Shown one piece after another: positions 1 to 14,800 of a DNA stretch of 64,000 bases. The position numbers were made by a program, and so were the translations under genes. The notes under the pieces were generated by a model. That model saw only the letters and a list, made by a program, of their open reading frames with translations. It searched no databases and was not told the origin of the DNA. The stretch lies in NCBI RefSeq assembly GCF_002113885.1, contig NW_018404492.1, forward strand, positions 4,187,609-4,251,608. The letters run 5' to 3'. Position 1 is the first letter of the stretch. Each line of letters begins with the position of its first letter. The stretch comes from Mizuhopecten yessoensis. Taxonomy: Eukaryota.

Positions 1-3000
1 GCATCAGGTAATGAACCACGTGAGTTTTTACATTTTATTTATGACTTTAACGGAAAACTGAACTAACCACTGAACACATTTGCGGACAAATTCTATAATA
101 CTTGTATGCTTTAAACTTGACAGGAATATGTTTTACCGCTATATGTATCGGTTACCTGTAACTGATTTTGATTTAAAGTCACATGATCATTAAAAGTAAA
201 AGCATTTTGAAGCATGCAGTCATTATATTTTGTTCTTGTCATGAATACAACGTGTATAAAACTCGAACACCATATTGTTGTGCTACTTTAAGTTGCTTGC
301 GAGTCTTTCGTTAAAATGCGACATTGAGTATACTAGCACACGCACTGGCTCCTGTTTCGATATAATATATGTTTATTCAGTATTGTTGTAATACTTATAA
401 AAATTTACTGGTACGTATATGGCAAAATATAATATAACATGTACCAATGCAACATGTCATTTAAATATAACATTTATTTACTATGGCCACATTAGATAGT
501 TTATACAAATTTGGACCGAAGGCATTACTGTTTCATGAACTTTTGACAATGGCAATAGTCCATTTTAGAAACAGACATATTACGGTGACCATTCATGTAC
601 TATGAAGGTAGAGGTGGCCGATCAGTTTTATCTACGGTGTTACTGTAACCAAAAACCGACCACCTACATCCCGTCTTCCCCCTCACAAACCCCCACACAC
701 TTTTGCTACACTGTCCTATGTGCCCATGGCGACGTCATTCGTACGATCACCCGTGAATGTTCACACTTTCAAGGTGTGGCCAAGTGATGAATACACTTCG
801 AAATTGCCAATGACGGAATCATTCATCAAATCCAATTACGACCACACACCATGGCTACCGGCGTCTTAAGTAGGAGACACATATACTAAACCACCTACAC
901 TGCAATACATCAGCCGTTAACAAGGACTAACTGTGTCACCTAATGATGACGAATGTAGGGGGGTATACTTATATACGAAAAGTCAACACGGGCAGGTACG
1001 TAAAGTCCGAGCTGTTTCCAAATGTACCAAATCAGTCAACATCTCCTGTATGTACATATAAGTAAACACCTCGAAGGTTTCGGTTCGTGTGGAAATTAAT
1101 TTTATCCCTATATTCTAGATGTAGGTTGTGTAGATACATAAGGTCACATGTAACCTATAATACCACCACTCCTGGGTCTAGTCGTCCGTCTTCATTAACA
1201 AACGCAGTTGTGTCGAGTCCACAATTTTTGGTTAATGCCATCTGCTAACATGGTTGTCCTTCAGAGCGGTCGTGGTACCACGAAACCCCGTGGTCGGAGT
1301 GACCTGCTCCAGGAAACTGTTTGTGTTAAGTGAGAGCAGTGATGCCCCGTATGCGCCTTTGTATTAATGTCGTTTCAATCTTAATCTAGGAATACGACAC
1401 CTTAGCACAGGAAGTACTATGCTTATTCGTATGCTTCACCAACACTATTATTTTTCTAAATAATAATTCACCAGCGACAGCTCAGAGCAACTGCTTTCTC
1501 AACATACAAACATATTGTTTCCTGATACTATAACTGGTACATTGTAGAAAAATATATAACATTACTAACGATTTGTTGACACACAAACCATAGTTATGGC
1601 ACACATTTGCAGTGTAATGCAATTACTCATTGACACATGTGTACACTTCTTCGAACATTGGATCGCGTGGCAAATGAAGACAATTTGGTGCATATATTCT
1701 TCAGTATTTCATATACTGCTGTTTCCAATTTAAATTTTGGAACAGATCTAAGGCAGCACCATAAACAGTATGGTGTGCCCATCTGTTACGTTGTAGTTCT
1801 AGTTTTGGCTCGCTTTCACTCCTTTTCCGATGTTTGGACAGTCGGTCGAGAATATGTCAGACGCGTGAACAGTGGGACTAGCTTCCTTGTGATTTATGGA
1901 CAGCCGGACCAGCTTCCGCCAGACTTGTGTACAGTCGGTGTAGCTTCCGTATGTCTGTATTTCACGGGTCAAATATAACCACATTTCAATGACTGATACA
2001 AATGCAAGAACTCCATGGAAAAAGATAATCCTTTTTAGGAATCACTTGATAGGAAATTTTAACTCTGTAAATTGAGAAATAATTATAAATACAGGAACGT
2101 CCCCAACTTTATAATTGATCTATATTTAACAGCTTTATATCACATTCGTTTGTTTTATTATGTATTTTTAAATACATGTAAATACGATTCATTGTCGTAG
2201 ATGTGCATGGTGCATATAAATACCAACCAGAATAAGATTTTAATAACAGAGAGAGCTGAAATTTAATGAAGATATAGTACGTGGTATGAAAGAACTACAC
2301 AAGTGTGTTCTGTTAAGCTAACAACTACTAGCAAATTTATTTTGCCTTCAATAAAACTACTTCCATCTTCAACTGTATCCTAACCATACTAAGCGGATAT
2401 CGGTCCAACATGACTTACGGTATATGTCAAGTACATGCAGCTACTGTCCATCAGTTCGCCCATGCGTACTTGAAGATTATTTGACCGACACGTACATGTA
2501 CACCACAAGCGGCAGCGCGATATAGGAGGTCTAACTACATGGCTGGCTCACAAACAGATCGGCATGTCAGCTGTTTTACCGTTTGATTACCGGCACGTAT
2601 GCCTGGCTCGTACTGTTTGTTTATCGGCGCGAGATCGGAATTTAGGATGAAAGGGATCAGCTGACAATGAGTACGGCCCTGCTGGATTGTTTGTTGTCGA
2701 TAACACCGATTCTTAAGATAATACGACAATATGGAACTCTCCCATCCTCAATTATCGGTAAACGACCATAAATACACGTGGTTGATACTACATCATTGAT
2801 GCTGTATGTGCTGTGTTTGTAAATATACAAAACGTGTATATGATTTATTTAAGTGATAAAGGTCATTACTATTATTGGAAGATGTCGACAAGGGTGTACA
2901 TGTACGTACACACAAGAGAAGGCACTTCCGGTATTTCTGTATTTCCTTACTACGTCACGGCTGACTCTATCTGTGACATGGTCAGCAGCCGTTGTATCTA

Positions 3001-3507
3001 ATCTGACTCCTTAAAGAGAATTCGTGAGGCTAGTGACACACCTAAACACTAACTGACATGTAAGTCAAAGTACTAATACTGATATTATAAGCAAATCCTT
3101 GTACATGTAACAATTCATACATATTTAGTTTGTACGGTGTATATATTGTCTACCGATAGTGTTTTATTCAGCAGAATTACACAGAACAATACAGTGAAGT
3201 GTATCAAGTATATTGCATAATCCTACAAAAACGCCAATTTCAGCATTTTCCTTTTTCGTCAATAAGTATATGATTTAATCATCTTATACCTACATGTACT
3301 TTAGAGAATATAACTATACCATCCTTTGAAAGCTTTTTTCGTATTTAGCAGAAAAGTTTTTAATATTATCCAAAAATTAGCCGATGTGCATGTATATCAT
3401 ATGTTAATTATTATCAATTTATCCGAAGTTAGAATCCTAGTCCATTACGTCAATGAATATAATTCGTATTCAATGTACAGAATGTGAAAGGCTGTATTCT
3501 TAGTTAC

Positions 3508-3812
3508 ATAATAATAATTCAAGGTTCTTGTAATCCGCTTTTTCCTAACCTATTTCGTAGGTCGTCTCAAAACGGTTCACAAATTATTATCCGTGGTTAT
3601 ATGGCCTTTGCTACCAGCCAATATCTTTCTCAACTCCCTTGAGAGAATACAGCCGGTGCTGCCATTTCGGCGCTCACAGCTAGCGTTCAACAATTCTAGC
3701 AGTGTCAAACCACATACTCATTACAGCAGAGTAGACTGGAATAAGTGGAGTAAAGGATCTTGCTCAAAGATACAGCACAGTGTCATGCCGTGACTCGAAC
3801 CTCAACCCTTCA
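3508..3812 (-). mobile_element. tRNA-derived SINE, Deu/Nin-domain-like family, copy 1
   Basis: Reverse complement aligns with 31323-31607. B-box GGTTCGAGTC at 3792-3801 (minus strand); (ATT)n tail. Family assignment is from recall of the motif, not a database search. Confidence 0.8.
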
Positions 3813-4749
3813 GCATGTCGAATAATCTCACTAGAGATAACTTAAGTTAAAGTTAAGAAGACAGAAAAAAATACCAAATAAAACATCTTAAGCAAAATAT
3901 GGTCGTTCCGTCAGTTAAGGATATATCTGTGGTGCATATACCTTGAGTTAACAAAATGAAAATACATATGTAGAAATACAGCAAAAGAGGAAATGTACAT
4001 ATAAATCTTTTATTACGTCACAAGTTTACAACGTTTGGCGACAACAGAGATTAAAATGCTATACTTGTCAAAAACATAAAACTAGAATTTCAGCCCAATA
4101 TATAAAATGTTAGAACTGTAGTCCAGGTATGGCGTTGGTTGAAATCCTTGTCCGTGAATGTCAAATGTGAGAATCCCTGTTCACTTTAGCAACGGGTAAA
4201 ATCCTGGATGAGATACGTCAAGTATTGACACATATAGTCCGATATGTCAATGGAAAGAAATTTTATTCCAATGATATTGATTGTAATATAGTGTACCGTC
4301 AAACGTTACAATTGCAGTCGAGTATGTCAAAGGATATGATATGACATGTGTATAAAATATATCTGTATATGTGAAAATGTTAGCACCAGAAGTACATTAT
4401 ATTAACTTGAAATAACGGTAATACAAATAGGTGTACATTAAATCATTTTACATTTAAAAGGACACTTTAAAACACAACATGCTTCAAAACGCACATATTA
4501 CAATGTATCATATACTGTACTGTGTTATCTACTAAATATACCCATGTCATATTGTTTTGCATATTAATCCATGTCCTGTGATTGGCTGTAAGTTTCAATT
4601 GTTTAAAAAGTGCCGTCACGCTAGACAAGTACATGACGTCACAGACTTACACACTTGACTCAACATGGCGGCTTTTTACATTTCAAGGCTGCGTAAAAAT
4701 TGTCGTTTTACACGAATAAATGCCACAAATATTTGTTTATGTAATAACA

Positions 4750-4812
4750 AGGATCTAACATGAGTTTTCAATTCAAATGAAATTTATGAAACTGAAACTC
4801 ATGTAAGATCCT
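4750..4812. repeat. Short inverted repeat, probable terminus of a non-autonomous DNA transposon
   Basis: aggatctaacatgagtttt ... aaactcatgtaagatcct. Confidence 0.6.
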
Positions 4813-7800
4813 ATATATATGCTCCCGTTTCACTTTGATGGAAATGCAGCTAAACGCCAAGTCTAACCAAAGTCAGTAACGCGACATATATTGGTTACAG
4901 TCATATGGCGGTGTACCAATTATTGTGTGGTGTCTGCATACAACTGTTGATGACTAAAGGACAGGCAATAAAAGAGGAATAGAACAAAAAACACGTCTAA
5001 CCGCACAAATGGAGCGAACTGCAACGTCTGACCAAATCAGTGAAAGTGGAAAATATAGGTCAATGTGACCTACATAGCCCATGATGGTGCAGTAATCCTG
5101 AAGTATCTGCATTTAAAGTTTTTATCATGAGACATTTTTCTTGAATCAGAGACATGGAGATTAACGCAAAGTCTAACGAAGATATGAACGGACGAACGAG
5201 CGAATCGATAGAAAGGAACATTTGATGTTCCTTCCATCTATTTGTCGGTGACATAATAAATAGACCAAACATTCATGGGAAGACAAAAACAAATACAAAA
5301 GGATATATCTAAGACATGAATAGCATGCATGTTTCTTTTGTCTCTAACAGGTGTTACATTAGGCAGTCGGATACACAGTTCAACCTGTGTAACGTTACTT
5401 AATAACCGATTCTGCTCCGGGTTATATTCAACATGTATAATTCAATATCACCGATGTACGTTAGTCTTAATATAATTTTACAAATCGAAACGAACTCAAC
5501 ATATATACCATTAGTTTTAGCTTGAATCGTTTAAGCATTATTCATCTTCATTAAAACATGTCTAAACTTTAGCTTTTCAATAGGTTTAGACATTTCGATG
5601 CTCTTGTGTTCTGCATCAAGGGCGTAAGTTAGGCGGTACAATCTATTACTACTTCAAAACTATTTAACTTAATTGATACTTTGCTAATTTTCTGAAGAAG
5701 AATTTGGGTAACTGAATAAAAAACTGTTTTTATATTACATCTTATGTCATTTCCTTGCGAAAGTGAATGATGTTTGTGTTTTTGTCGACACAAACTGCTT
5801 GCTATGGTCTTTAAATGTATATAAAACCTACCTATGTATCATCACAACAAACACTCGAAAGACATGAAGGACGTTATTCAAGAAAACTATGCAAAAAGTA
5901 GAGAGCACCGAATTATTAGCTGTGACGTTACATGTAACATCACGGGAATTGATTTGATGAGTTATGGTTTGTGCTAAAAATCTATGAAACCAAAATTGTT
6001 AGCATAACACATGTTTGTCATTAAGGCAGGCCCATTTCTGTTTAGTGCTATCTTGGACTTCACATGCTTGTTCAAGCTACCTGTACTCAGTTCAATAGGA
6101 TTTTAACACATACACGTGTATCATGTAAAAAAACGTTTGCATATTAGTTGATGTGTTTTCTTTAATCAAGTTATTAAGCACATGTGATTTTTTTCTGGAG
6201 ATCTGGTTACATAATTGCACATGCTAAACCTGTCCATTATCCATTGCATCATACGTATAGGTGAGGAAGAAAGATTTAGATGATGAATTTATTATGCACA
6301 GGTGGTGTTACAGTAACTATAAAACCGTGTGTATATTTTTCACGAGTGTATACCTGGGTGGTCCAATAATCGAGACAATAACATATGCTGAAACATTACA
6401 CACAGCTGAAAGCCGCCACGTACTGTCATCGGCCTCTTACAACATGTATAAGGTTGGGAACTACGTTTTTGTTAATAATTTACAAAACAAACAGAGAACT
6501 TCAACAGTTTGCCTGTATTAATTTCAACGTTTTATATCTTTTCGTGAGGTATCAACCGTCGTTATATAAGATTTTCATAAAGATGTACCATGTGGAACAC
6601 TTTGTTATTGGCACAAAATGTACATCGTCTCTCTATCACTTAACGATTCCTTCATCATGTTTTGGTGAATAATGGGCACAGCAGCGAGAGATCTCAAATT
6701 AACTGCCCATCAGCCTTTCGATGTTCAATGTAACACTTATCTCTTATCATTGAAATTGCCATGATCCTTGATTGATATGCATGAACTACGTAGACAGTAA
6801 TCAAATTCACGTTGTTTTAACAATTCTTAGATAAGGACTGGTGTGTGAATTCATCATTGGGGTATAATAAAACAGACAGTGACATATTAGTTACGCTTGT
6901 TTATATCGATTATACCTCAGTATTGAATGTGATTGGAGAGTTTTGACAATTAAAACCACAATTGATAAAAGACAGATTCAACAAAATCTTTTATCATATC
7001 AGAACTGCACTTACATTAAACAACACACTAAAATGACGTGCTGTTTAGAAAGGAGACGAATGAAATTGTCGAGACAGTTCTTGAACAAATCGTTTCTTCT
7101 TGAGATGAGATAATATTTTTGGTAGTGTTATAACACTGGCTATTTTTGATAATGCACTAAACAACCAATATTAACACCCAGAGACGGAACAACATTGTAA
7201 TTATATTTGACTCGATTTATTTTTGTGTTTGCGCTTATTATCTGTTATAATAAAATTCAATTAAGGAAATATTCCTGGCGCCCTAGATGTGTATCCTGCA
7301 GTTCGGGAATTGAGAAAAAAAACATACATGCTGTTACCCGGTGAATGTTCGTACACGTAACAGGCTACTCATGTTAGTAAACCATGCAGGTTTTCTTTTG
7401 TTTTTCGTGCACCAACGCAATCAAATAAATATGTTGCATCTGTTGCAACACTTTGGTTGCTTTTGTTTTATCCACTTTTGAGTTTTTCCCTTTTTCTCTA
7501 ACGCCTTACTTAACCATACCTTTAACCTTGGTGTTTTCCTTTACCCAAACGGGAAAGGTAATAGGTTCTGTCCCTTGACCGCGACATACTAACAATGGGT
7601 GATGCGCTTTTACTTGACGTTCAGCTTTAATTTAGAGTGTAACGGTTAGGACTTGTAAGCCATGTGTTAAAGGAATGTTACTAGGATATATTTGTTGATA
7701 TCCTACTGTGACGGTACTGTAAAGTAGTCTTAAGTAGATAACTATTGTGGAAACCGTACTTATATAACCTTAGCTGTTACAAGGGCTTAAAAACTTAACA

Positions 7801-8731
7801 ATCCAATTAACAAACCAGACCCTCAACCAACTGCTCAGCTGTTTGCCTATTAGGAACAACATACATTCACTAGTCCTTATATATATCCTCTTATTCCGGT
7901 TTGAAGAGAATATCAATTCCGACATGTTTCTCATGGATACAATGTATCACGTGTAAACGGAGTTAAGGCCATATCCGTGGTTATCAACCAATTCATTTCC
8001 GAACACACTGAGGTATATACACTAGGGGATTAATTAGGTTCACGGGAAAAGGTGTTATACTTGTATCATATTTCCTGGCGTCTATTAATACATTCCGAGG
8101 TACTTTCCCGGCGGATACAGTCGATTGCTGCTTGTGACTGATGATTGGGATGTTATTTACAGATTATGTAGAAAAAGGGTCAGGGAATATGTTGCGAAGC
8201 TACATGAAATATTCCAAAACTATACGTGTAATAAAATACACTCCTGAATTACAAAAAAAGCTGGTTTGAGTACAGAATCGATGCTTGAGTATGTAAACGG
8301 TTTACGTTGGCCGGTCCGGAATACTAAGGTATCGTTTGGTCACTTACCACCCGATCCTGGGCACACACCGTTATATCTAAGTCAAATGAGAATGTATGCA
8401 TTGGTTATACAAAAACGTAAATTCATGAAATTTAGATAATTCGCAAAATACCGATATTATACAGTATTATACCCATGTTGTGCTATAATATTTCGTTACT
8501 CATTTGAGTTTCGAAACCACGCCTCATACATAGCGTCAACATGGTCACTATCCATCGAAAGCTTGCTTGTAAGCTTTGCACAGTGTTGTGAGTAATCGTT
8601 TGAATGTCATCACTTTAAGTATTCCACATGATTACTTTTGAAAGATGGTGTAACACCATGTTATATCAAAGGATGAGTCCTAGTTATTATAAATCTTCCA
8701 ATACGTTACAGCATTCCTTGTTTATTTACAG

Positions 8732-8868
8732 GTATTCCTATGATGACGGCGATTGATTTCCAGTCGACACTTGACCCCAAGTTTAACCCCACACCTACAA
8801 ACGTCACATTCATGAGAGGGGATCTAGCCATCCTGTCCTGTTCAGTAGAAAACCTGGGCACAAAATAT
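8732..8868 (+). CDS. Ig gene exon: N-terminal half of Ig1
   Basis: Acceptor tttatttacag|G (phase 1), donor TAT|gtaagt (phase 0). Encodes (G)IPMMTAIDFQSTLDPKFNPTPTNVTFMRGDLAILSCSVENLGTKY, including the first Ig cysteine. Confidence 0.9.
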
Positions 8869-11800
8869 GTAAGTAGTACATATTTAGACTTCCATACGTT
8901 CATTGATTCTTGTGCTTTCTTCATTTCTTCAATTAATTAAGAAATCTGGGCAGCAGAATGTAAACAATTTAATAATGAAACTCGACAACTGGGAATGTCA
9001 AAGACGATGTACTCATTATTCGTTTGTAGGTTTACATACACTTATACACTATCACAACAAATGTATTGTAACATCTTCTGTTTCCAGAGTTCATGATACC
9101 CTTCTTTTTCTGTTATATTATCTCCTTGGGTACTTTTCTTAGGTATTTTTGTAACTAAATGCTTTTTTTGTCCTGTTAGGTTATAAATCATGATAGAACA
9201 AAACAAATGTACTGATAAAAATGTTACTAGAAAAACGTAGTGAGGAGAAAAGTTACTTAAAGGGTAGTTTGTCAACACAGATCAACATTTTATGCACCAA
9301 ATGGCCATTTCGTCGTTTATGGAAAAACTAGTGGTACTACATGAGAATTCAAAAGAATAAAGAAAAAACATGTCTTTAGAGATCGGAACTTACGAAGAAC
9401 ATTGCGAAATGAGGAAAGTGCATTCGAAACTTTTCATCACGTTGCAATGTTTTGATTTTTTTTCTTCTAATTATTGTTTTCTTCACAGTTTGAAATGCTA
9501 ATACAATACGTCAAATGTGAGAATCCTAGTAAAAAACATCAATGATTAAAATCTCAGCAAAACAAATGATATGTTAGGACTCTAGACTAAACTCGAGGTC
9601 ATCCAGCAAGAACAACAACCTTGTTACCTACTGGCCTACTGCACTAGATACAGTGTACAAAAAGTACGTGCAAGATGTAATACCAACTCATTATCCATAC
9701 ATGTTATTTAGTTCTGGCTGACGTCTCATCTTTTGAAAAAGTGTAGGTAACCTCTAAGATTGGTTCTGTGGGGGAGTGAACAGAAACAATTCTGATTTCC
9801 CATAGGAATCTAAAGTGCTTTGTTCGTGCAAGGTATACAATGTAATTATTTCTTACTCAAACAATTTAGGAGCATTGCTGCATTGTGTCTATTCGATATG
9901 TATCTGGCACATTGTCTGCTAGACATGCTTTCCAAATGTCATCCGAGGTCAAGCCCCCAACTGAATTGCCACATATTGTAATGATGAAATACGTGCATTA
10001 AGGTAGCAAACACGTTTTCTGGTAAATGTTCGATTTCACACATTCACCTATATCAAAAATTCCGTAAAAGCTTAACTTACTAACCCGGAATGTTTAAAGG
10101 ATAAATCAACAATATGGATACATATCAGTATGTAGTGTACTTTGCGTTCTAGGGTAATACAGGATGTGAGGGGAATGACAGTGAAGTAAATAGGAACTTC
10201 AGACTACGATAGATTATACACCGATAACAGTGACAGAGGATCAAGGAGTAATTTGCTTTTCTGCCCTGCTTTGGCAGATGGAGCAAAAACTCTGACCCGT
10301 TTTAACAAATACATTTGCCTTGTTGCACTTAGATCCGGCAAAAACATTGCTAAACTATTTACATTGATAGTATGGACCTGTGCTCCAAATGCTTTGAATG
10401 CTTTTTCGCCAAATATGGTATCGTTGTAATGAGATATATGACCTTTGCTGCAAAGGCTATGTCTTCAATGTTTTGCTGTCAACTAGCGTCAATTAGCTGA
10501 AGGAGGAAACACAAATGTTTACACGCTAGTAATCAATGTACTGTAATGTCTATATCAAATTGAACATGGCAAATACTCTCTTTGAGCTAGCAAATAAATT
10601 CAAGTTCCTTCCATGTTTGACGTTACTAGCTACAATGCTTTGTAATTTGGTAAAACTTCTATGCAAACGTGCATATATGATAATAATAATAATGATGATA
10701 ATATTTTGAGTTTCTTATACACCGCTTTATCACAATCTTGTTCGTAGGTCGTCTCAAAGCGGTTAAAAATGTATTATTCTTTGTTATAGGACCACATAAT
10801 ATACATGTGAGTAAAGCTCAAAAACATCGTTTAAAGTTATATGTATAATGTTTAAAATATTGATTATCCAGCGCAAACACTTGTTGTAACCTATAGAAAG
10901 CATGTCAAAAAATTGTTTTTTATCAATGTGTTAAATGTGAATATCCAGAAGTTTGACATGTTTTTTCCCATGCCGTACTATCATCCTTGTCAACTTATAT
11001 GGACCTTAGCAGAATCAACATTTTTCTTTTTGTCTTGTCCGCTTGATGGACATTAAAACAAACAAAGTATCCTCCTCCTTCGCCATTTGCAAAAGCTTGG
11101 ATATGTATCGTACCTTTCTACATCTGTCCTACTATGTCTTCCTCGGAAACATCTACCGTTCACCTCTTTTCTGTTTCGTAGCCATTCATAACATTATTTT
11201 GTTGGTGTTCCTTGAGCTACGCTGTAATATAATATCAAACCACCTTTGTTGGGATTCAGACGGTTTTTGAGGGCAGGAACATGTTCAACGCAGTATTGTA
11301 AGGACATACTTTTCCCTTCCTTCTAGACAATATCATTATATCTGAAGAGGATATTAAAGATTAACTGTGTTTACTTAATGATAAAAAAAACGTCCTGGCC
11401 CAGATGGCATGATACACAAGATAATAAAGAAATTAGCACCTTCTCTAATATGTCCTTTAACTTTACTTTGTGATAAGACTATTGAATCTGGTATTATACC
11501 TCTTTCATGGAAAACAGCTAATTTTAATGCAATAAAATACAAAGGTAAGGGTGCTCAAAATGATGTCTCTAACTATAGGCCAATATCTACTACATCATCT
11601 TTTAGCAAAATTGTTGAAAAAAATTTATTTAAATATATGTTTAATTATATGAAAGAATGGGATATCATAACGAAACACCAATCAGGCTTCTTACCAAGAG
11701 ACTCGACTGTAAACCAGTTATTTTCTATATATGACACTATTGTAAATAACTTGGGTCAAAATAATGAAATCAGATTTGTATTTTGTGATGTAAGTAAGGC

Positions 11801-14800
11801 GTTTGATAGAGGGGTTTTATTCAACTTTTAAGCATGTCAAATCCGGTGTACCACAAAGCTCGGTCCTTGGTCCATTTATTTTCTTAATCTATATTAATGA
11901 TATAACAGAATGTGTAACAAGTAAAATAAAACTTTTTGCATATGATACTTCTCTCTATGAAGTAATATACATCAATCAAAATGAAATTGCAGTGAAATTA
12001 AATAATGATCTAGGTAATATTAATGCATGGGCAACAAAATGGGATATCAAATTTAATTCACTAAAGAAGGAATCTGTAATCTTCTCGAGGAAAATGGAAC
12101 AAAATCATCTTATTTGGTAATGAAACTTTAACTAATAAACAAACTCATAATCATGTTGGTTAAACTTTTAGTAATGATGGGAAATGGACACATCATATTG
12201 ACAATATTTATGAGCTAGCTTATAAAAGAATTAATATATTGAGAATGTTAAAACACAAATTGGATAAGAAAAGTCTTATAACAATATATACCTCTTTTAT
12301 TAGACCAATTGTTGAATATGGGGATGTAGAATGGGATAACTGTAGTAACCAAAATAAAAATACTCTTGAGTCAATCCAGCTAGAGGCATTAAGAATTATT
12401 ACAGGATTACGTAGAGGGACCTCTCATTGTAAGCTTTATGCAGAAACTGGACTTGAATCACATTGTTGTAGGCGAAAAAATCATAAATTAGCACTTATGT
12501 TCAAAATTTGAAATAATGAATCGCCTAAGTACTTATAAGACATCATTGAATCATACCTTCTCAGCAATATAAATGTAAGATACCCACTAAGAAATAGCCG
12601 TATTTTCAATCCCCATTTCTGTAGAAGTGAGATTTATTTCAATAGTTATTTTCCCTCAATGTGTAGAGAATTTAACCTTATATCTACAGAAACATTAAAA
12701 GCTACTTCCCTTCAACAATTTAAAAATTTCATCAAATCTGATAATATGAACAATACTGAAGAAATTGCTAGCACATCTAAATACTATGGGCCAAGAAAAT
12801 TCAATATCATAATTTGTCAGCTGAGACATCATGCTAGCAACCTAAATAGTGACTTATATATGGATCATCTGAATGACACATCAGCATGTAGATGTGGACA
12901 TGAAAATGAAAATGCATTTAATTTTATATTTGAATGCCCACTCTATAACAACTTTAGAATGCAACTAGTAATACAAAATTCTCAATTTGGTATATCTGGT
13001 AATCATGATCATTTAAATCTAAAAACTCTATTAAAGGGATGCTTAATATGCAGCGCTGATATTAAGATATCCATTTTACAAAGTATCTCTGACTACATTT
13101 GTCAAACTAATAGGCTTGATATGTAATCTCAATCACAGCAAAACTTTACATTGCAAGTGATGCTATTATTTATAGTGTCATGATCACTCTGCTAATAAGT
13201 ATTGATACTGGTGTATATCTATCTTCACAACATCTCTGGTTTTGTTAAATAAATTTTAGGAGAATCAACTCCAATAATATACATGTATATTAATAATAAC
13301 TACATTTTCCTATATGAATCCATATCATATTCTGAAATTTTAAACAATGTTTATTTCTTGGTAACTTATCCTATATATCGAGTGGGTGGATGGTCAATGT
13401 GTTTGTACACAGGGACTTTTGGGCCTGTATCCCTTGGATTTTATGTAGGATGGGTTTTCAATAAATATACATGTTTTATTTAATTGTTAATATCTAAAAC
13501 ATAAACAGAAAATGATTTAAAAAAAGTTGTAAAATGTTCATTTCACAAGCTGAATTGGAGTTATCTCCCCTGTACTGTTTAATTGGATTGTTATGACAGA
13601 ATATATGTAATGTTTGTAATTAAGTTTGGAAAGGACTTGAATAGGTCTAGCCTGATGTCCAATCCAATTGACATATATAAAGTCAATACAATCTGATGAA
13701 ATGAAATAAGGATATCGAATATGTATGAATTTTTTAAGTTTGTCATTGTTTGGCTATTACAAATGTAACACCTGTAGCATGTTCCACATATATATAACTT
13801 ACGTAAGATACGTAAGAATCAAGGGCACGTTGGGCTATATTTAACACACCAGTATACAGAACCAGCAGGCCGGAATTAGTTTCCCTCGCTCTTTATATGA
13901 GAACTTACTTTAATGACATGTCTGAGGTGCAACATGCATTCTTCTACTGGAATACTTCAAGGGGCATAACTCCTATCAAAGAAGCGCTGCATTGAACTTT
14001 GCCGCGATTCATTGAACAACAAATAGTAAATTGAATAGATTTGTTATCGTTAAGATATCAGAGATAGTATTGCTACAAAATTATTATGATTTATTTAGCT
14101 GATAACCTACTGATGTTATCCATGTGCGTCACAAATTAAAGCGAGCTGTATCCGTCATTTGTAACAAAACAAAAGTGCAGATTTTTCATTGAAATTAAAG
14201 ATGTAACGCGTTATATCTTCAAACAACCGATACAAATGGTATAATTTCCGCGATTGCGAATTTGTAACCGACAATTTAGGAATAAAGTACGTGTAGGTTT
14301 ACTCATTTACATTATATCAGTTACAAGTAACCAATATTGAAGTTTGTCATCATGTCACCGAGTTGGTCACTCATTTAAATTAGTCTAATTAGTCTACAAC
14401 GTCATCTGTACTTGTTGATTGTATCGTGCTTTATCATGCGCTAAAACGGCATAAAAGTAGTTGTAAAAAGCGCATCAAAGGAAGTCATCGTTAAAGAACT
14501 ACTAGTATAACACTTTAAAACATATTCCGATTTCAACATAATGGATTAAGTTCCCCTGTCACCTTAGCCGGGAAATATGCCTTAAAACATACGCACGGCA
14601 GCGAACGCCTCACTTAAGATAGTCAAATATGATTATCCTAATAATAGCCGGGGTGGGGGAGGTTCGACCCTGTTTGTCTTATGAATGTCATCATTTATTT
14701 GCGATATTCGAGAGACGATATTTAGGGGGCGGCAGTGAGGGAATGGTGAGTGTAAAATTGCGTAAATATACATATACGAGTGTACCATGTGTGACTGCAT

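Noticed and set aside
602-1984. Moderately GC-richer segment with short ORFs (602-787, 1637-1978, 1799-1984)
   Set aside because: No recognisable domain or splice-consistent structure; possibly old TE debris, but this cannot be supported.
2667-2757. Alternative candidate first coding exon MSTALLDCLLSITPILK... ending G|gtaaac
   Set aside because: Poor signal-peptide character and a weak donor; the true first exon may lie upstream of the window.
6221-6260. Candidate signal-peptide exon MLNLSIIHCIIRI(G) ending G|gtgagg in phase 1
   Set aside because: The phase fits, but the hydrophobic core is short and interrupted; it cannot be distinguished from chance.
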